A DNA stretch of 64,000 nucleotides from Amoebidium appalachense (Eukaryota; Protista; Ichthyosporea), in the NCBI GenBank assembly GCA_963693365.1, contig CAVNZM010000015.1, forward strand, positions 3,720,001 to 3,784,000. The letters run 5' to 3'. This document shows, one piece after another, positions 16,113 to 40,589 of this stretch; the stretch's first letter is position 1; every line of letters begins with the position of its first letter. Below the pieces are notes generated by a model. The model saw nothing but the letters and a program-made list of their open reading frames with translations. It searched no databases and was not told where the DNA came from. A program made the translations under genes and the position numbers.

Positions 16113-16731
16113 CATAGCATTCTAGGATACATGTCTGGGCGAAACCTGCACTACAAAAAAATAGACAATCGATTTGTCGATCGACTGACTTACATTTTAT
16201 TGGCCAATCAATCGAGCCAATTCGAAACAATAGGGCCTGGAGACTAAATCTTTGACGCGCTATAGCTCGGCTCAGGAAAAAGATTTTTTTTACGCGGTTT
16301 GCGGCCATGGAAAGCGAAGAAAAGTATTTTGTTTTAGTGTTAAAGCGACACCTGCGCGATTATCCGTTGTTAGGTTAATCGCGATTGCGCAACCCTGATG
16401 TTTTACACATTCGAAACCAGATGGTGGCTGATTGATCATCTGATCAAAAATAGACTAACTTTTCTCTCATAGTAGAAGTACCCTTCATTTTTGTGCTATT
16501 GAGTTGAACCAGGCATTTTTGGAAAGCCGAGAAAGTGTATTTGTTTTCTGCGTAAAAATATTGCATTATTTTCATGTTTGAGCACCAGCGCTTCTCGTTT
16601 GAATCTTACGCAAGCCCTTTTCAATGGCATTATTCATTCCAACGATTTGTGATTGGCTAATCGAATTGATCGGATTGGATGTGTACTACTATATGTAGGT
16701 TTCGCCCAGACATGTCTACTAGAATGCTATG
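16113..16731. mobile_element. MITE-like non-autonomous DNA transposon with 38-bp terminal inverted repeats
   Basis: 16113-16150 (catagcattctaggatacatgtctgggcgaaacctgca) is the reverse complement of 16694-16731 at 35/38 positions. No coding capacity and no clean TSD. Confidence 0.65.
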
Positions 16732-18703
16732 CTACTACTTATAACGGCACTCTGGGTGACATTATTCCACAAGCTTTGTCAGCAACAAGAAACATAGTGA
16801 TTACCACATGTACATGCACATGTGCATGCATGGTGGCATGGCGTGGGCAATGCTGCGTTCACGTGCTTGCACATGCACATGCAGTGTAGCAGTACTCATG
16901 ATTGTAGCACACTTCATCTGAGTAGCTCAGTCTCTGGAGTCATTCCAACTTCAACTAACACCTGCAAACAAGATCCCTGCTACCTCTGTAACTACCCCAA
17001 CCTTGGCCATGGTAGAGTAGGAGGCCTTGATTAGCTGCGTGCATGCACCTCGTGTGTGTGCCATAAATGTGGCACCACATGCACACAGACCTACCACCTA
17101 ATGAGGTGGTGCCTTATATTCTGATCCTTCCTACCTCAGCAGAAATGTCTTTGTAGTAATGACAATGCTTATCTGTGAACAGTACGCAAGTAGTGCTGCG
17201 AATTCGAAGAAGAAAGGCTGCGAAGAAAAAAGGCGGCGGGCTGCGAAGAAGGAAGGGGCATGCCGATTTAGCTCAGAGATGACGCGTGACACCGTCAGTA
17301 CGTGTCAGCACACACACATGCATGGCACATTGCAAGCGCGTGTGCCACCACGTGGTGAATCACACTTCCTGGCAGAGAACTATGTCTGACTCAAGTAAGA
17401 CATGTATGTAAGATATGTAAGACATGCATGCGACTATCAATGAGTGTGTGCACGTGTGAGATTTTTGCTCACTCGAGTACAGTCACCAGTAAAAACCTCA
17501 TGCCTATGGACGATGTCGACCCATGGCCATGGGCCATGGCCATGGCCAGCCGAAAAACTTCGTTCATCAACTTGAGTGAACCTCGTTTGCGAGAAACCAA
17601 TCAGTGGTAAGGATGATACCCGCACCACATCTACCCAGATCTATTTTAACCCCTTCGTATCCCCCTAGATCTTTTTTTTACCTCATGTGGCCGACTATGA
17701 CGGGGTATATTGTGCGAAGGTAGCGCGATAATTGAAGCTAAAAGTACAAAAGCGAAACCAGCACAAAAAATATGTTGCCCTTAACATTATTTTAGAGTTG
17801 ATTTGTGTAGCTAATGCAGGTCAAGGTGTGATTACTAGAAGTGTTTACAGAGAACACCAGTACTGTATGATGGAGATGACGTCATGTATGATCGGAATGC
17901 GTGATGGCCGTCGATGAATCGGTTGTCGTTGCCAGGAATCGCCGTAAATGCGCCGTCCAAATTTGTGTGCTTTTACCTCAACTTTGTTGTAATCTTTAAT
18001 ATTTAATATTCAATAAATAATGATCTAGGGTACTGTACATAAGCCACTATGCAGTCATTCATTGAAATGGACCCTACCTTCGCCGATGATTCATAGCCGC
18101 CTTTTTTATCCGATGTAGTGTAGGGGGATTAATTGTCGCATACCTTTTCACACAAGCAACTGTTTGATTGGGCGATGTTTATTGTTGGAACGCGGGGGCC
18201 GTCATCTCCCCAATAATCCCTCGACAACGTCGTTTTGTTGATACAACACTCTCTCGATATCATTTTTACCAAGTTCGTTACCAAAACTTGCTGAATAGGA
18301 AAAAATAAAAGAACTTCTTAGGATAAGTACAGGGTGCTGATTTGTTTTCGTTTATTATCACATACAACCCCGACCCTTTTCACGTTAAACAACAGAATAT
18401 AGTTGACGTAAAACCAAATGCACTATAATCGCTTTGTTTTGTTCGCTTTTATCGCATCACACGATATTTTGAAATTGTCGAGGTAATCGTGCATCACGGT
18501 TGTCTGCCGGTGAAGCGTTTCATGCGGCAAAAAGCCCGTACAAACTAAAAACTCAGTGTTTTGTGTTTACACTGTTGCTATGAACATAGTTGACGCTGAA
18601 AAACATATACCTTATACATGTCACCTTGTTAAAACGCGCGCTTTCTTTCAAGATTTCAAATCGCTGTTTGATACACAGCTAACGTTGTGCATGCAACGCA
18701 AAC

Positions 18704-20044
18704 ATGACATCAGTTACAGGAGGCCACCCAGAACCAGCAACTTCACCATCAGAAAAACATGAAGAAAAGAAACCCTCTGCTCCCGAGCAGGGAGCTACAG
18801 AAAAAAGGAAAACTATTTCTCGCATAAACGAGATTTCTGAACAAAGCAGCCAACAAATGACAGAGTCTAATAACAACTCAACGAAGTTCAACACACATGA
18901 TAATCCTGACACAGACACAGGTGATTGTGCGGACGCACAAAAACGTCGCAGGAGACGCACACAGGCGGAGTTAACGCGGAGTTTCGAATGTCCTTTTAGG
19001 GATTGCGAGAGGAAATATGCAAGCAGTCACGCATTGACTCTGCATGTTCGTCTCAAGCACCCCACAGAGCAACATCTATACCACAACCACCTCGGACAAA
19101 TGAGACCCTCAAGACCCGGTTTTTCTTCGCTTTTCTCTTCGACGGGGTCCGCACAAGGGAAAGATTCGGTAAATTTGGGAAAGGAAAGCGAAATCAGAGG
19201 CGTAAAACACGCGAACGTCGACAGTTTTGTCGAGAATTTGATTGCTCCCAGGAAGAGAATGTCTCTTTCCTCAGAGGCGGCGGGTGGGTCTCTACCTCAA
19301 CCCGTGCCGTCTAGCTTTCATCCCTCCCGTTCTTTTGCACCAGAGAAACCAACCGGCCAACATGAGCTCGTTTCACGCATCATTGCACAGGGGGGTCATA
19401 CAGGCCTCATGCGCTCGGTGTCATGTGATCGCTCGTATGGTCATTGGGATAATCTGCCAGGCCAACATGCTCTGCCCATGAGGGGTGGAGGGCGTCATTC
19501 ATACCCTATGCATCACGCTTCCGGGGGTGAGATGCACCCACGTTTCCTTCACCATTCTGCACTAACCACGCTTCCTTACAACGATTATCCCATGGGATAT
19601 TCATCACGCTATTTTCCTCCGGGTAGGGGCAAGGGCTACAACTACGAACCAGATTACTATCCGAACGCATACAGTATGCCCATGGCATCGCCATGTCCCG
19701 GATGTGCGCTCTGCCCTGCCGACCCCATCGACTACTACCCTTATGGTTTCGCTCATGCGGAAACATATACACCCCAGCATCCCTTCTCCAAACCACACCT
19801 CATGTCAGGTATATTTTCAGACGCGAGGGGCGCGAAATGGAGTGAGCCTAGCTCAGTTTTGGAAGAGGAAGGGTTGGGCGTATATCGAAAGGGGAGTGTG
19901 TGTAGTGAGGAAGAAGCTCTTCTAGCGCGTGCGCGCGGTATCGCGCGGCAGACGGCGGTAACGTACAAGCCGGAGTTCCGAAAGACACTGGAGCCTGGAC
20001 ATAGTATTCGTGAGCGTGGGAGCTTGGATTCTGCTGTGTTTTAA
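18704..20044 (+). CDS. Single C2H2 zinc-finger transcription factor, 446 aa, intronless CDS
   Basis: KRRRRRTQAELTRSFECPFRDCERKYASSHALTLHVRLKH: a basic region plus one C2H2 finger, resembling fungal Con7-type fingers. The remainder is low-complexity Ser/Pro/Tyr-rich. Confidence 0.85.
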   Translation: MTSVTGGHPEPATSPSEKHEEKKPSAPEQGATEKRKTISRINEISEQSSQQMTESNNNSTKFNTHDNPDTDTGDCADAQKRRRRRTQAELTRSFECPFRDCERKYASSHALTLHVRLKHPTEQHLYHNHLGQMRPSRPGFSSLFSSTGSAQGKDSVNLGKESEIRGVKHANVDSFVENLIAPRKRMSLSSEAAGGSLPQPVPSSFHPSRSFAPEKPTGQHELVSRIIAQGGHTGLMRSVSCDRSYGHWDNLPGQHALPMRGGGRHSYPMHHASGGEMHPRFLHHSALTTLPYNDYPMGYSSRYFPPGRGKGYNYEPDYYPNAYSMPMASPCPGCALCPADPIDYYPYGFAHAETYTPQHPFSKPHLMSGIFSDARGAKWSEPSSVLEEEGLGVYRKGSVCSEEEALLARARGIARQTAVTYKPEFRKTLEPGHSIRERGSLDSAVF

Positions 20045-21692
20045 AGTGTTTGTTGTGTTATTAATTAAGTTGGTGAGGTAGTGAAATGTAATGGTGTGTG
20101 ATAGTATTTGTTGGTTCTTCTGGTTTGGGTGGTGATAGTGAAATAGACGGTTGGAGGGATGTTTAGTTGGATGAATTTTTGGCAAATGTTTTTGTTTTGT
20201 TGGCATGGACGGCCTTATATAAGCGGTATTCAGTTATTATGCGGTTGTGATCTAATAGCTACTAAATGATATGTGCATACTACATGTGTGGTTTATTAAT
20301 TAATGACATGTCTGCTGCCAGGCTGTATGTTGTGTTACTATTAGATACTGCTTTAATCCTCCATGCTGCAACACTAAACTCTTCTGAACAGGCTGAAAAT
20401 GTAAGGAAACATGTAATAACTACAACAACACATACCCCATCTATGGACAGTACAAACATGTACTAAAATCAGGAAATAATCATTGATCATGATATCATAT
20501 GATATATACTATATAGATATATATGATATATATATATATATGTATATCATATATGTGTATATCATATCATGGTCGGGTATCTTAGAGCCTGTGCTCAAAT
20601 ATGTGCTACCATATCCTATGATCGAGACCAGAGATTCCTAATTCAGTCTGTGCTCCAATATGTGCTATAACTTCCTGGTATCGAACCCGGACGTTCCTAA
20701 ATTGGGATATGTATAGAGAACTAATATTACGCATTGCAACGCCTGCGAGGGGCAGAGCTTTCCTTCTATTCCATTGGTTGCAATACAGACTCAACGGTTA
20801 GGTGACGATGAATGAACTCAGAAATGCTCTCGAGAGCATACATAGACGTGTTCCAACTACAAGCAGGGATCGATTTTTGAATACAAATATCAATCGGGTA
20901 GAAAAAGTGTCAATGTGACGAAGTGAGATGTACACAACTTCCCATTCCCTCCCTCCCACCCCCCCTTATCCCCTTCCCCCTTCTAAAAAAAAAACAAAAC
21001 AAGAAAAAAAAACTGTCATGTTTTCGTGCTTTGTCCTTGACTGACTGAGAGGCTACACGGCCTCTTTAGACACTACGTTTTTAGGAAAGTCAAAAAAAAC
21101 CGTCTTTACGAAAGGGAGCCCCTACGTGCCACGGAAAGTCAAGTGTATGTACTCCTGTCACCTTGACACGATATTGGCTGTCACTTTTGACACCGACAGA
21201 CCTTCATTTGTGCATCTCCCTACGTATACCTGCTTTACTTGATTTTTTTTTTTCTTTTCTTGAATATATATATATATATATAGGAATGACCTTTACTGTA
21301 AAGACAAACTCCAAAACATAAGAAGCTGAGATATCACGGATATCTCAAATAAAAATTGAATCGCAGTTTTTACTATATTCAAATATGCACGCTGTCAGTT
21401 TATAATGTACGGACAGACGTATAAAAAGCCCCGTCAAATCACCAACGGCAACCTTCAAGCAACAACCTTATTTCTGTGGCAATTTGTGACACACTGCAGC
21501 ATAACTGAAGTGTATTTAGTTGGTTGCATTTTTTTTCTGTTTGCTCAAGGCTTTTTCAAACTCAACTTATTAATTTTCACCCTCCTTCCCAGACATCTGT
21601 AGAACCGCATACACACACATGTAATGCGCAACACACAATTCTTCCTGTTGAAACGTTCCCAAATTTCCCGGAGGCTTTTGAACTTCATAGCC

Positions 21693-32635
<10,943 letters not shown>

Positions 32636-33858
32636 AAATGCAAAATGAAAACCCTCTCTCACTTCTTCCCACAACACTTAGCAAATGTAAAGGAGCTCCC
32701 CCCCCCCCCCCCCCCCCCCCCCCCTCCCCAACACACACACCGAAAAAATGTAAACAAGACCCCTCTCTCCTTCCCCCACACTTTGCAAATGTAAAAGACC
32801 CTCCCTGCTTCCTCAACACACGCGGATATGAATGATACCATTCACTCCCCTCCTTCTCCCGCTTATGTAAATTCAACCCCCCCCCCCTCCCCCCCTCCCC
32901 CCCCCCCCCCCCCCCCCCTCCGTGCCCCGCCGTCCTTCCATCCCTCCACCCAACACAACCCTCATGTTCTCACCCCCCTCCTCTCCCATTCCCTATCAAT
33001 ACCGTTTTCTCCATAGCCCACACGCACACACGGAAATATACAAAAGCATGCCACAAAACATAACCTATCTCAATGTGTTGGACAAGGGAGGTAATCCCCC
33101 CTCTCCCCCCCCCCCCCCCCCCCCCCCCCTTCCCCCCTCCCCCACACACAGACCCAAATCCAGTCTGTCCCCTCCCCTTCCCCCTCTCTTACCCCCTGCC
33201 CCCTAAAACCAGGTTTACCACCACCACCTCATTACCAAGAGTCCCTTTTCTTTTACACAAACCGACCCCCCCCCCCCCCCTCCCTCCCCCCCCCCCCCCC
33301 TCTCCCCCCCTTTCCCCCCCTCCTCCCCCCTCCCTCCCCTCCGCCCCCTACCCCCCCTCCCCTTTCACTATCTACCTCTAAATCATGCAGTGTCAAACGG
33401 AAGGGAGGGAGAGACAGAGGTTGAGGTTATAGAGAACGTAGTGATAGCCTAGTGGTTCAAATTTAGAAGGTGTGATTTATGTAGAAAGGGAGGGATATGG
33501 TGTGTGTGGATGGGAAAAAAGGGGGAGAATGGAGGGTATGGTTGAAAAGTGGGAGACAAAAAGTTCGAACAAAACCAACCTCTGAATGCATTGACCAATC
33601 AGACATCTCTGTTTTCATATCCTGACTTTAACAAACCAATCAGCAGGCAGGAAGGGCACTATGGACGCCCCCGCCGGTTAGGAGAAACGCTTGCATGCAC
33701 AGCCCCAGGGGGCCCCGCTCCCTGCCCCCCCCCCCCCCCCCCCCCCCCCTTCCCTTCCCCTCCCTCCTTCCCCTCCCCTTCTCCACCCCCACGGGAGGAG
33801 AGGAAGGGAAAGAGAATTCGGAGGAAGGGGGAGGGAAGGGCAGGCGGGGGGATGGGGG

Positions 33859-33892
<34 letters not shown>

Positions 33893-35275
33893 GGGGGGGA
33901 GAGGGGGGGGGGGGGGGGGGGGGGAGGGGAGAGAGAGAGAGAGAGAGAGAGGATTTATGTTTGGAGCACCGAGGTTGGGCCGCTACGGAAGGGGATATTT
34001 GAGGCCCTGGCCTTTAGTCTTTTTTTTTTTTTTTTTTTGTTCTTTTTTTTTGATATTTTGATATGGGAATATGTAGAGGGGTGTGTGCTATTTTTTATCG
34101 ACATGCCAGTGATCCACGATGAGGTGTCCAACAAGAAACAATTGGGTAGATAGCCGGATATAAGATACACTGATATGCCTGGACATATAACGAGCTTTTT
34201 GATATACGTGGAGATATACCGAGCTTTTTTTGGGGGGGGGGGGGGGGGGGGGGTTTCGGGAATCGAAAACATTCGATATTTACGGGTCATGGGGGTCGTG
34301 GGTGTCAGGAGCAGAAGAATTTTGATTTTGTTGCCGTTACGTACAGAAAATGTACGTTTACACAATCAAAATAAAAATTCCATGTTTTACGAATCACAGG
34401 ATCCCCGGGTCTGTCCTCCACCCCCTTCCCCCCCCCCCTCCCCCCTCCCCCCCCCCCCCCCCCCCCCCCCCTGTCCCCCTTTCCTCCTATCCCCCCACGC
34501 ACACATGCACCACTACCACCAACAAGAAAGGATGGATCCAAAGCCATGTGAATTAAACAGTTTATAATTCGACGATGTATTTGAGGATACAAGTTATGCA
34601 ATGAATACCCATCTTTATGCTTAACCAAATACCACCACAATGATTCATGAATAATACACAGTACTTAAATTCATGAATCACATGAGATATGCCTGAATTC
34701 ATGAATTATAATATCCCGACCGTGACTATTGATGACCCGGGCAGTCGGTAAACCATTCCGAACACACGTAAGTATACAATGGTTTACACTTCTTCTTCTT
34801 TTTATTTATTTATAGATATCTGAAAACCATGGCACTGCAAATGTTTTGAAGCTCTTGAATTGTCAACCCACTTTTCCCGCTTAATAAAATCGACCGTCAA
34901 AATAAGAGTGGTGGTCCGTGAATTGTGTGACGGTATTTCAGGCAAGTGCTACGGCTGTGCCAATTATTCTTTGGTAAGGTAATGTGATTGAGCGATTTGA
35001 AGACTGTCCCCCCCCCCCCCCCCCCCCCAAAACAAAAAAAAAAAAAAAAAAAACTACATTCGAATCCGACATAATTTCTACCAATTAGGCAGAGCATGCA
35101 TGGGTGTGTGTGCATCTTTTTATCAAAGTCACTTGAGAGGCGTAGAAAGGCAAACGTGTTTTTGCATGCTTTCAGGCGTGTAGGTAAATTATTCATGCAT
35201 TGTGTCTACGCTACTACTACATTTAAAAGTGCTGAGTTGAAGTACTTTCGGCACGCCACTCTATGTAGGTATAGC

Positions 35276-35718
35276 ATGCATGCACTGTGTGCATGTACTG
35301 TGTGCATGTATTGTGCGCATGTACTGTGTGCATGTATTGTGCGCATGAACTGTGTGCATGCATTGTGTGCATGTACTGTGTGGATATACTGTGTGCACGT
35401 ACTGTGTGCAGTACTGTCTGCATGTACTGTCTGCATGTACTGTGTGGATATACTGTCTGCATGTACTGTGTGGATATACTGTGTGCATGTACTGTGTGCA
35501 TGTACTGTGTGGATATACTGCCTGTATGTACTGTGTGGATATACTGTGTGCATGTACTGTGTGCATGTACTGTGTGCATGTACTGAGTAGATGCACTGTA
35601 TTCATGTACTGTGTGCATGCAGTGTGTGGATGTACTGTGTGCATGTGCAGTGTGGATGCAATGTGTGCATGCATTGTGTGCATGTGCTGTGTGCATGTAC
35701 TGCGTGCATGTACATGTA
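35276..35718. repeat. 14-bp minisatellite
   Basis: Units tgtgcatgtactgt and tgtggatatactgt in tandem. Confidence 0.85.
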
Positions 35719-37059
35719 CACCATGGGCCCAACCAGGGCCTCACAGATTTTCTCGTGAAATACGGAAAAATGTAAATCACACACGGCTCTTTAGCAGTCA
35801 GGGGGGCCGGGGGGAGGGGAGGGGGGGGGGAGGGGGGAGGGGGCAGGGGGGAAGGGGGGAGGGGAGGGAGGGAGGTGAATCCCCCTCCCCCCCCCCCCCA
35901 CACACACACCTCTCCACCCCACCCTTTCAACAACAACAAAAGAGAAAGAAACGAAGAACAGTTTGCATGCCACAGCACATTTGCAAGCATGCACCCTTTG
36001 ATCATATGATCACAAGCACACAGCCACACCCTTGGTTCGACTAAGACACCGGTGCACACGGTGGCGCCTCTGGCACGAATTTACTCCCCCCCCCCCCCCC
36101 CCCCCCCCCCCGTGTGCACACACGCACGGGTAAACACACACACACACACACACAGCCACAACCAGAGACACACGTGTACGTGCACAACGTGCCTGTGAGG
36201 CGTTTTCGAACTGTGTTTGGTGCCGACAGTAATCAACAAAAAAGGGGGCGGAGGGGAGGGGGGAGGAGGGAGGGGGGGGGCAAGGGGGCAAAGGGAAGGG
36301 ACAGCCTGAATGTGCTAATAATACAGCAGACGGGAAGAAACCAAAAAGCAAGGATCTTGATTTGGGACATCGGATCTGAGATACACACTAACCCGCAAAG
36401 AGAACCCAGCAATAAAACATGTCCCCACCCCATCCCTCCCCCCCCCCCACCACCCGCCATCACTACACATATACACACACACACACACAAGCACGCTAGC
36501 GCATTTTGCCCAGCCCCAGCCCCAGCTCAATCTCTCCGACCCATCCCACCGCCAGAGATCTTATTGTTATAACAGATCCGCACGCGGAAACCACCGACAG
36601 AAGAGTTATACACATATGCATGGTCAAGGAAAAAGGTAGGATACATGGTTAAACAATGAGGAGTCGAAAACGAGCCAAGCAGCGCCAGATGGAAGATCGT
36701 CAGACGTGAGACCAAAAGAGGATCTTTTTTTTTTTTTTTTTTTTTTTGGGGGGGGGGGGGGGGAGAGAGAGAGAGGGGGGCCCGGAGGGATGTGTGCAAG
36801 GGAAACGGTTAACAGAACATGGATATAGGAGTGCCTATTCATTTCATTCCTTAGCAGCACACAGTGCAGCAATTCAATACAAGTAAGAATCAACATTAAT
36901 GCCAACCTTTAACAAACTTTCAGCGTCAAGGGCTTTTACAGAAAGACAAACTCAAAAACTTCACTTCAGGTGCGTTCATCTATACATGTGCTACAACGAC
37001 CACCTTGAAGTCACGATCTTTGTTGAATTTACAGCTATTTACAGAAAAACGCAGTTACG

Positions 37060-37920
37060 TTACTGTAACAGGAGCAGCCCGCCATTATTTGGACTCATGC
37101 GTGCTTCAGAATACTGGAGGGAGGGGCAAACAGGACTTATCTTCCTGGCGCGCACAACACTTCTCAATCGCTGCATGGCCCACACATCTGCACAAAGGAT
37201 CTCGCATTTCTTTCCAACCTTCACGGAATCCACCAGAAGTCCCCGGATCTGAGCTGGTGTCATCCCAATCGCGCATTGTCCGTTCACAAACGCAATGCAT
37301 CGTCCAGGCAACATGTTAGCTCTGTGCGCGGTTGAGCCTTGCACGACATGCTTCACCACAGAAACGCCGGCCTGCGTTTGAATCCTGATGCCAATTGGCT
37401 GCTTTCCGTGTGCCCTTTTCGGTTCGAGAGTATGGGGAAAGAAGAGGGGGGACTCGACAAGCGACAGGTGAAGGGTGTCTGCCTTATCAAACATTTCCGC
37501 TAGTGCTTCGGGCTCTATAACGCTCACGTTCGTATTATTCACTTGAAGGATCTCGTCACCAAACGCCAGTCCGGCGCGCATGGCTGGTGTTGGGCCGGAT
37601 TTGGGCATCTCGGAGATAGTTAAAACGAATACCCGTCGGTCAAAAGTGCAAAGCGATGCACCGAATTTCTCCCCGGGTTTCTTTGTTAGGTGGACTTCAC
37701 GTTTGATTGTTAGAGCGGATTCCTCCTCAAGAATGCTGTCGTAATGAGGCAGCCCCCTGCTTTCGTGCTTGGACACAACAGTAGATTCAACACTGGCAAC
37801 TCGGTTAAGGTCCCTGGGTGGGTTGCTTGGAAGAGAGGGTTTTCGTGAGGCGTCGGTGTGTGTGTACACCACAACGCTTTCCCGTCTTGCAGGGGTAGTT
37901 TGCATCAGAAGGGGAGCCAT
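37060..37920 (-). CDS. Syntenin-like tandem PDZ-domain protein, 286 aa
   Basis: ATG at 37920. PDZ1 (REVHLTKKPGEKFG...PAMRAGLAFGDEILQVN) and PDZ2 (PIGIRI...VVQGSTAHRANM...VNGQCAIGM) align by eye with syntenin REVILCK...GLRFGDQVLQING and SSAARNGL...INGQNVIGL. Confidence 0.8.
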   Translation of the reverse strand: MAPLLMQTTPARRESVVVYTHTDASRKPSLPSNPPRDLNRVASVESTVVSKHESRGLPHYDSILEEESALTIKREVHLTKKPGEKFGASLCTFDRRVFVLTISEMPKSGPTPAMRAGLAFGDEILQVNNTNVSVIEPEALAEMFDKADTLHLSLVESPLFFPHTLEPKRAHGKQPIGIRIQTQAGVSVVKHVVQGSTAHRANMLPGRCIAFVNGQCAIGMTPAQIRGLLVDSVKVGKKCEILCADVWAMQRLRSVVRARKISPVCPSLQYSEARMSPNNGGLLLLQ

Positions 37921-39741
37921 CTGTGTCCTAAAATGTGTGGCTTGCTGAGCCACGGATAAAAAGTACAGAGGAAGCGCTGTTTTTTGAAAATAATAGAGGG
38001 TTTCCACAAGTCTGAAGAAGAAAGGGTAACTTTATATAATGGACACAGACCTAGGGGTCTGGCACACCGTTGTGATTACACGTTTTATAATTATGTTTTG
38101 ATTCACCGACCTACCGGGCGCTTGTTGATGTTGATCAAACAGCAAATCTCCCTACACTTCACTAATTGCTAGTCAAACAAATTTTCAAATTTTACTGTTG
38201 CCCTAGTCTACCAGAGCACATAAATTAGACAGTTGGTCCTGATCATCTGGGAACCAGAAATGTGTGTTTTTGATACAAAATGCTAGTGCTCATATTTATA
38301 TTACTAGTTATTTATCTTGTTTTGAACCTTTTTATTTGAGGTCTTATTCAGTACCAGTGAATAGTGGTAGGTACCAGCCCCACAGGACCTACATACCCAC
38401 GTGGGTTTTATAAACTGAGCCCGTTTGTTAGACAGACATGGCAGAACGATCGGTCTCTAAACAGCACAATATTATACATAGTATACATGCAGCAGCCCCA
38501 CCCTGTAACTTTTAGCAGCAACTTTAGCAGCGAGTTACAGGGCAAGTTCAAGGGGGATCAAGGGTACAGAAAACGGTTTTTGGTTCGGTAATGCATGGGT
38601 GGTGCATGTGTTGGTGTCAAGAAGTTGATGTTTGAAGCCACGATATATTACATAAAAATGAGAGATATATATAATACTAATATTAATAATAGCGTACGTT
38701 CTCTTACTTTGATGTGGCAAAGGTGAAGATGCATTGAAAACAGAATAGCATAAAATACCTGAATGGTATGGCCGCAAGATTCATTCTCAGACCGGTGATG
38801 TGACCAGTCTGAGACACAAGAGTTTGAACCACTTGCAAATTGACAAAAGGATATGGACCCCGAAAGAGGCATCAGCGGGGGAGATGGACCAAGCAACATA
38901 CATTGAAGTGATTGGAGAGGCACTGAAAGCCGATTGGTGCAATAGTAGTGTAGAGAGCCAGTTATGATTGGTCCGCTCCATTAACCAATCAAATGACTTA
39001 CTAACAGTTTGCTAAAAGTAGGCAGGGCTATGCCAAGGCCAAGGCACATTAACAAACTTTCAAGGCTTATATAAAAATATGATTGAATATAAATATTCGG
39101 TATATATGTATCAGCTTAAGCAAGAATTTGGCAGGTTAATATGATCGCCCAATAAAATTCCATATGCACAACGCATACCCCCGTCGCCCGGCCGGATTCC
39201 GGGCGGGGGCGGCACAAGCACCGAATCTCCCTAGGCTAATGGTTGATGTTAAGAAAAGAAGACTACAGGAAGACCGGCCGGATCCTAATTAGATCTTCAG
39301 CCCGGCTGCTTGGGAACTCCTCCTATGGCCGCGAATCGGCAATTGCAGCTTTCAGAAGCAAGCTATAAAAAAATGATATTTAATGTGAATATAAAGGTGC
39401 TATTGAGCTCTATTTTTTTACCATAAGGTACATGCAATTTAGATGTGCTGCACGACGACCACGTGGCCAGACCACAATGTGCGCACCGGGCGCACAACCA
39501 CATAATATCCCTGCAGTATTGTGATTGGTCAGATCTTACGACCAGTGCTTTTGTGAGGCACGCACGGTGTGCGTTGTGCATAGAGAGAAAGAATTAATCA
39601 CGTATAATATTAACATAATATAAGTGTAGCACATATATAAACCACCATTTGTTTACTTTTCAATACAAGTATAAGGTTTTAAATTTTTGCCTTGGATATC
39701 GGAATCAACTGAGAGCACTCAGACGCTCTTGATTTGTTTTG

Positions 39742-39825
39742 ATTGGTTGTAGGTCACACATACGTTTAAGTTTACAGGTGTTCGCCAATCAACAATTTGG
39801 CGCCAAATTTACTGTATGACGTCAT
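39742..39825. promoter_or_regulatory. Cluster of CCAAT boxes, palindromic E2F-type site and CRE
   Basis: ATTGG near 39743, CCAAT 39785-39789, perfect palindrome aatttggcgccaaatt 39794-39809, atgacgtcat 39816-39825. Confidence 0.4.
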
Positions 39826-40219
39826 GTTGATCACCGCTCATCGAGATGGGGGGAGATGGGGCCCGGGGCCGGGGGGACGCCAAGGCAAATCGGGATTCAC
39901 CGAACGTCGTAGATGCCCCTTCTTTGTGACACCCGACTTTGAAACTTTTTTTTTCCCCACCCTTTTTTTTCTGGTTTCCTTCAAAGGAGAGCCTCCCACC
40001 ATATATTAAAAAGCGCGCGAGCGCCTGAGCGAGCTCAGCGTATATAGAAGACTTCTTGACGCGTTTAATGCATATGCAGCTTCACAAGCTGCATGATGAT
40101 ATGATGTGCGTGGTACGGTATGCGTTTGAAAACACATAGGCCACTCCAGCTAGCCGGTTCATAGGAGAGTCAAGTCGAAGCGTGGTACTGTTTTAACCCA
40201 TTCCGAGCCCAACCAGCAG

Positions 40220-40272
<53 letters not shown>

Positions 40273-40558
40273 TTCCCCTTACCCCTGCGATGATGCCCGG
40301 GGGCCCTCACAGTCGAGGCTCCCTAGGACATCCTCAATCGCCGAACGAACGTGTCCCGTGCCAACCCTCCCAGCTGACAGCCCCGAAGGAATGAAACTAG
40401 AACTATAAAAGAAAAGAACTAAGCTTAACCACATGGTGTTGTTGATGTGAAAATGCATAACAAACCACGCATGGATCCAGGGCTTGAAGTCACCCCCAGT
40501 CACTGATACACACACCGACACAGACACAGTGTGACACATAGACAGATACACACACCTA

Positions 40559-40589
<31 letters not shown>

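Noticed and set aside
39185-39205. GC-rich hairpin cgcccgg/ccgggcg
   Set aside because: A 7-bp stem with no supporting Helitron or ncRNA context.
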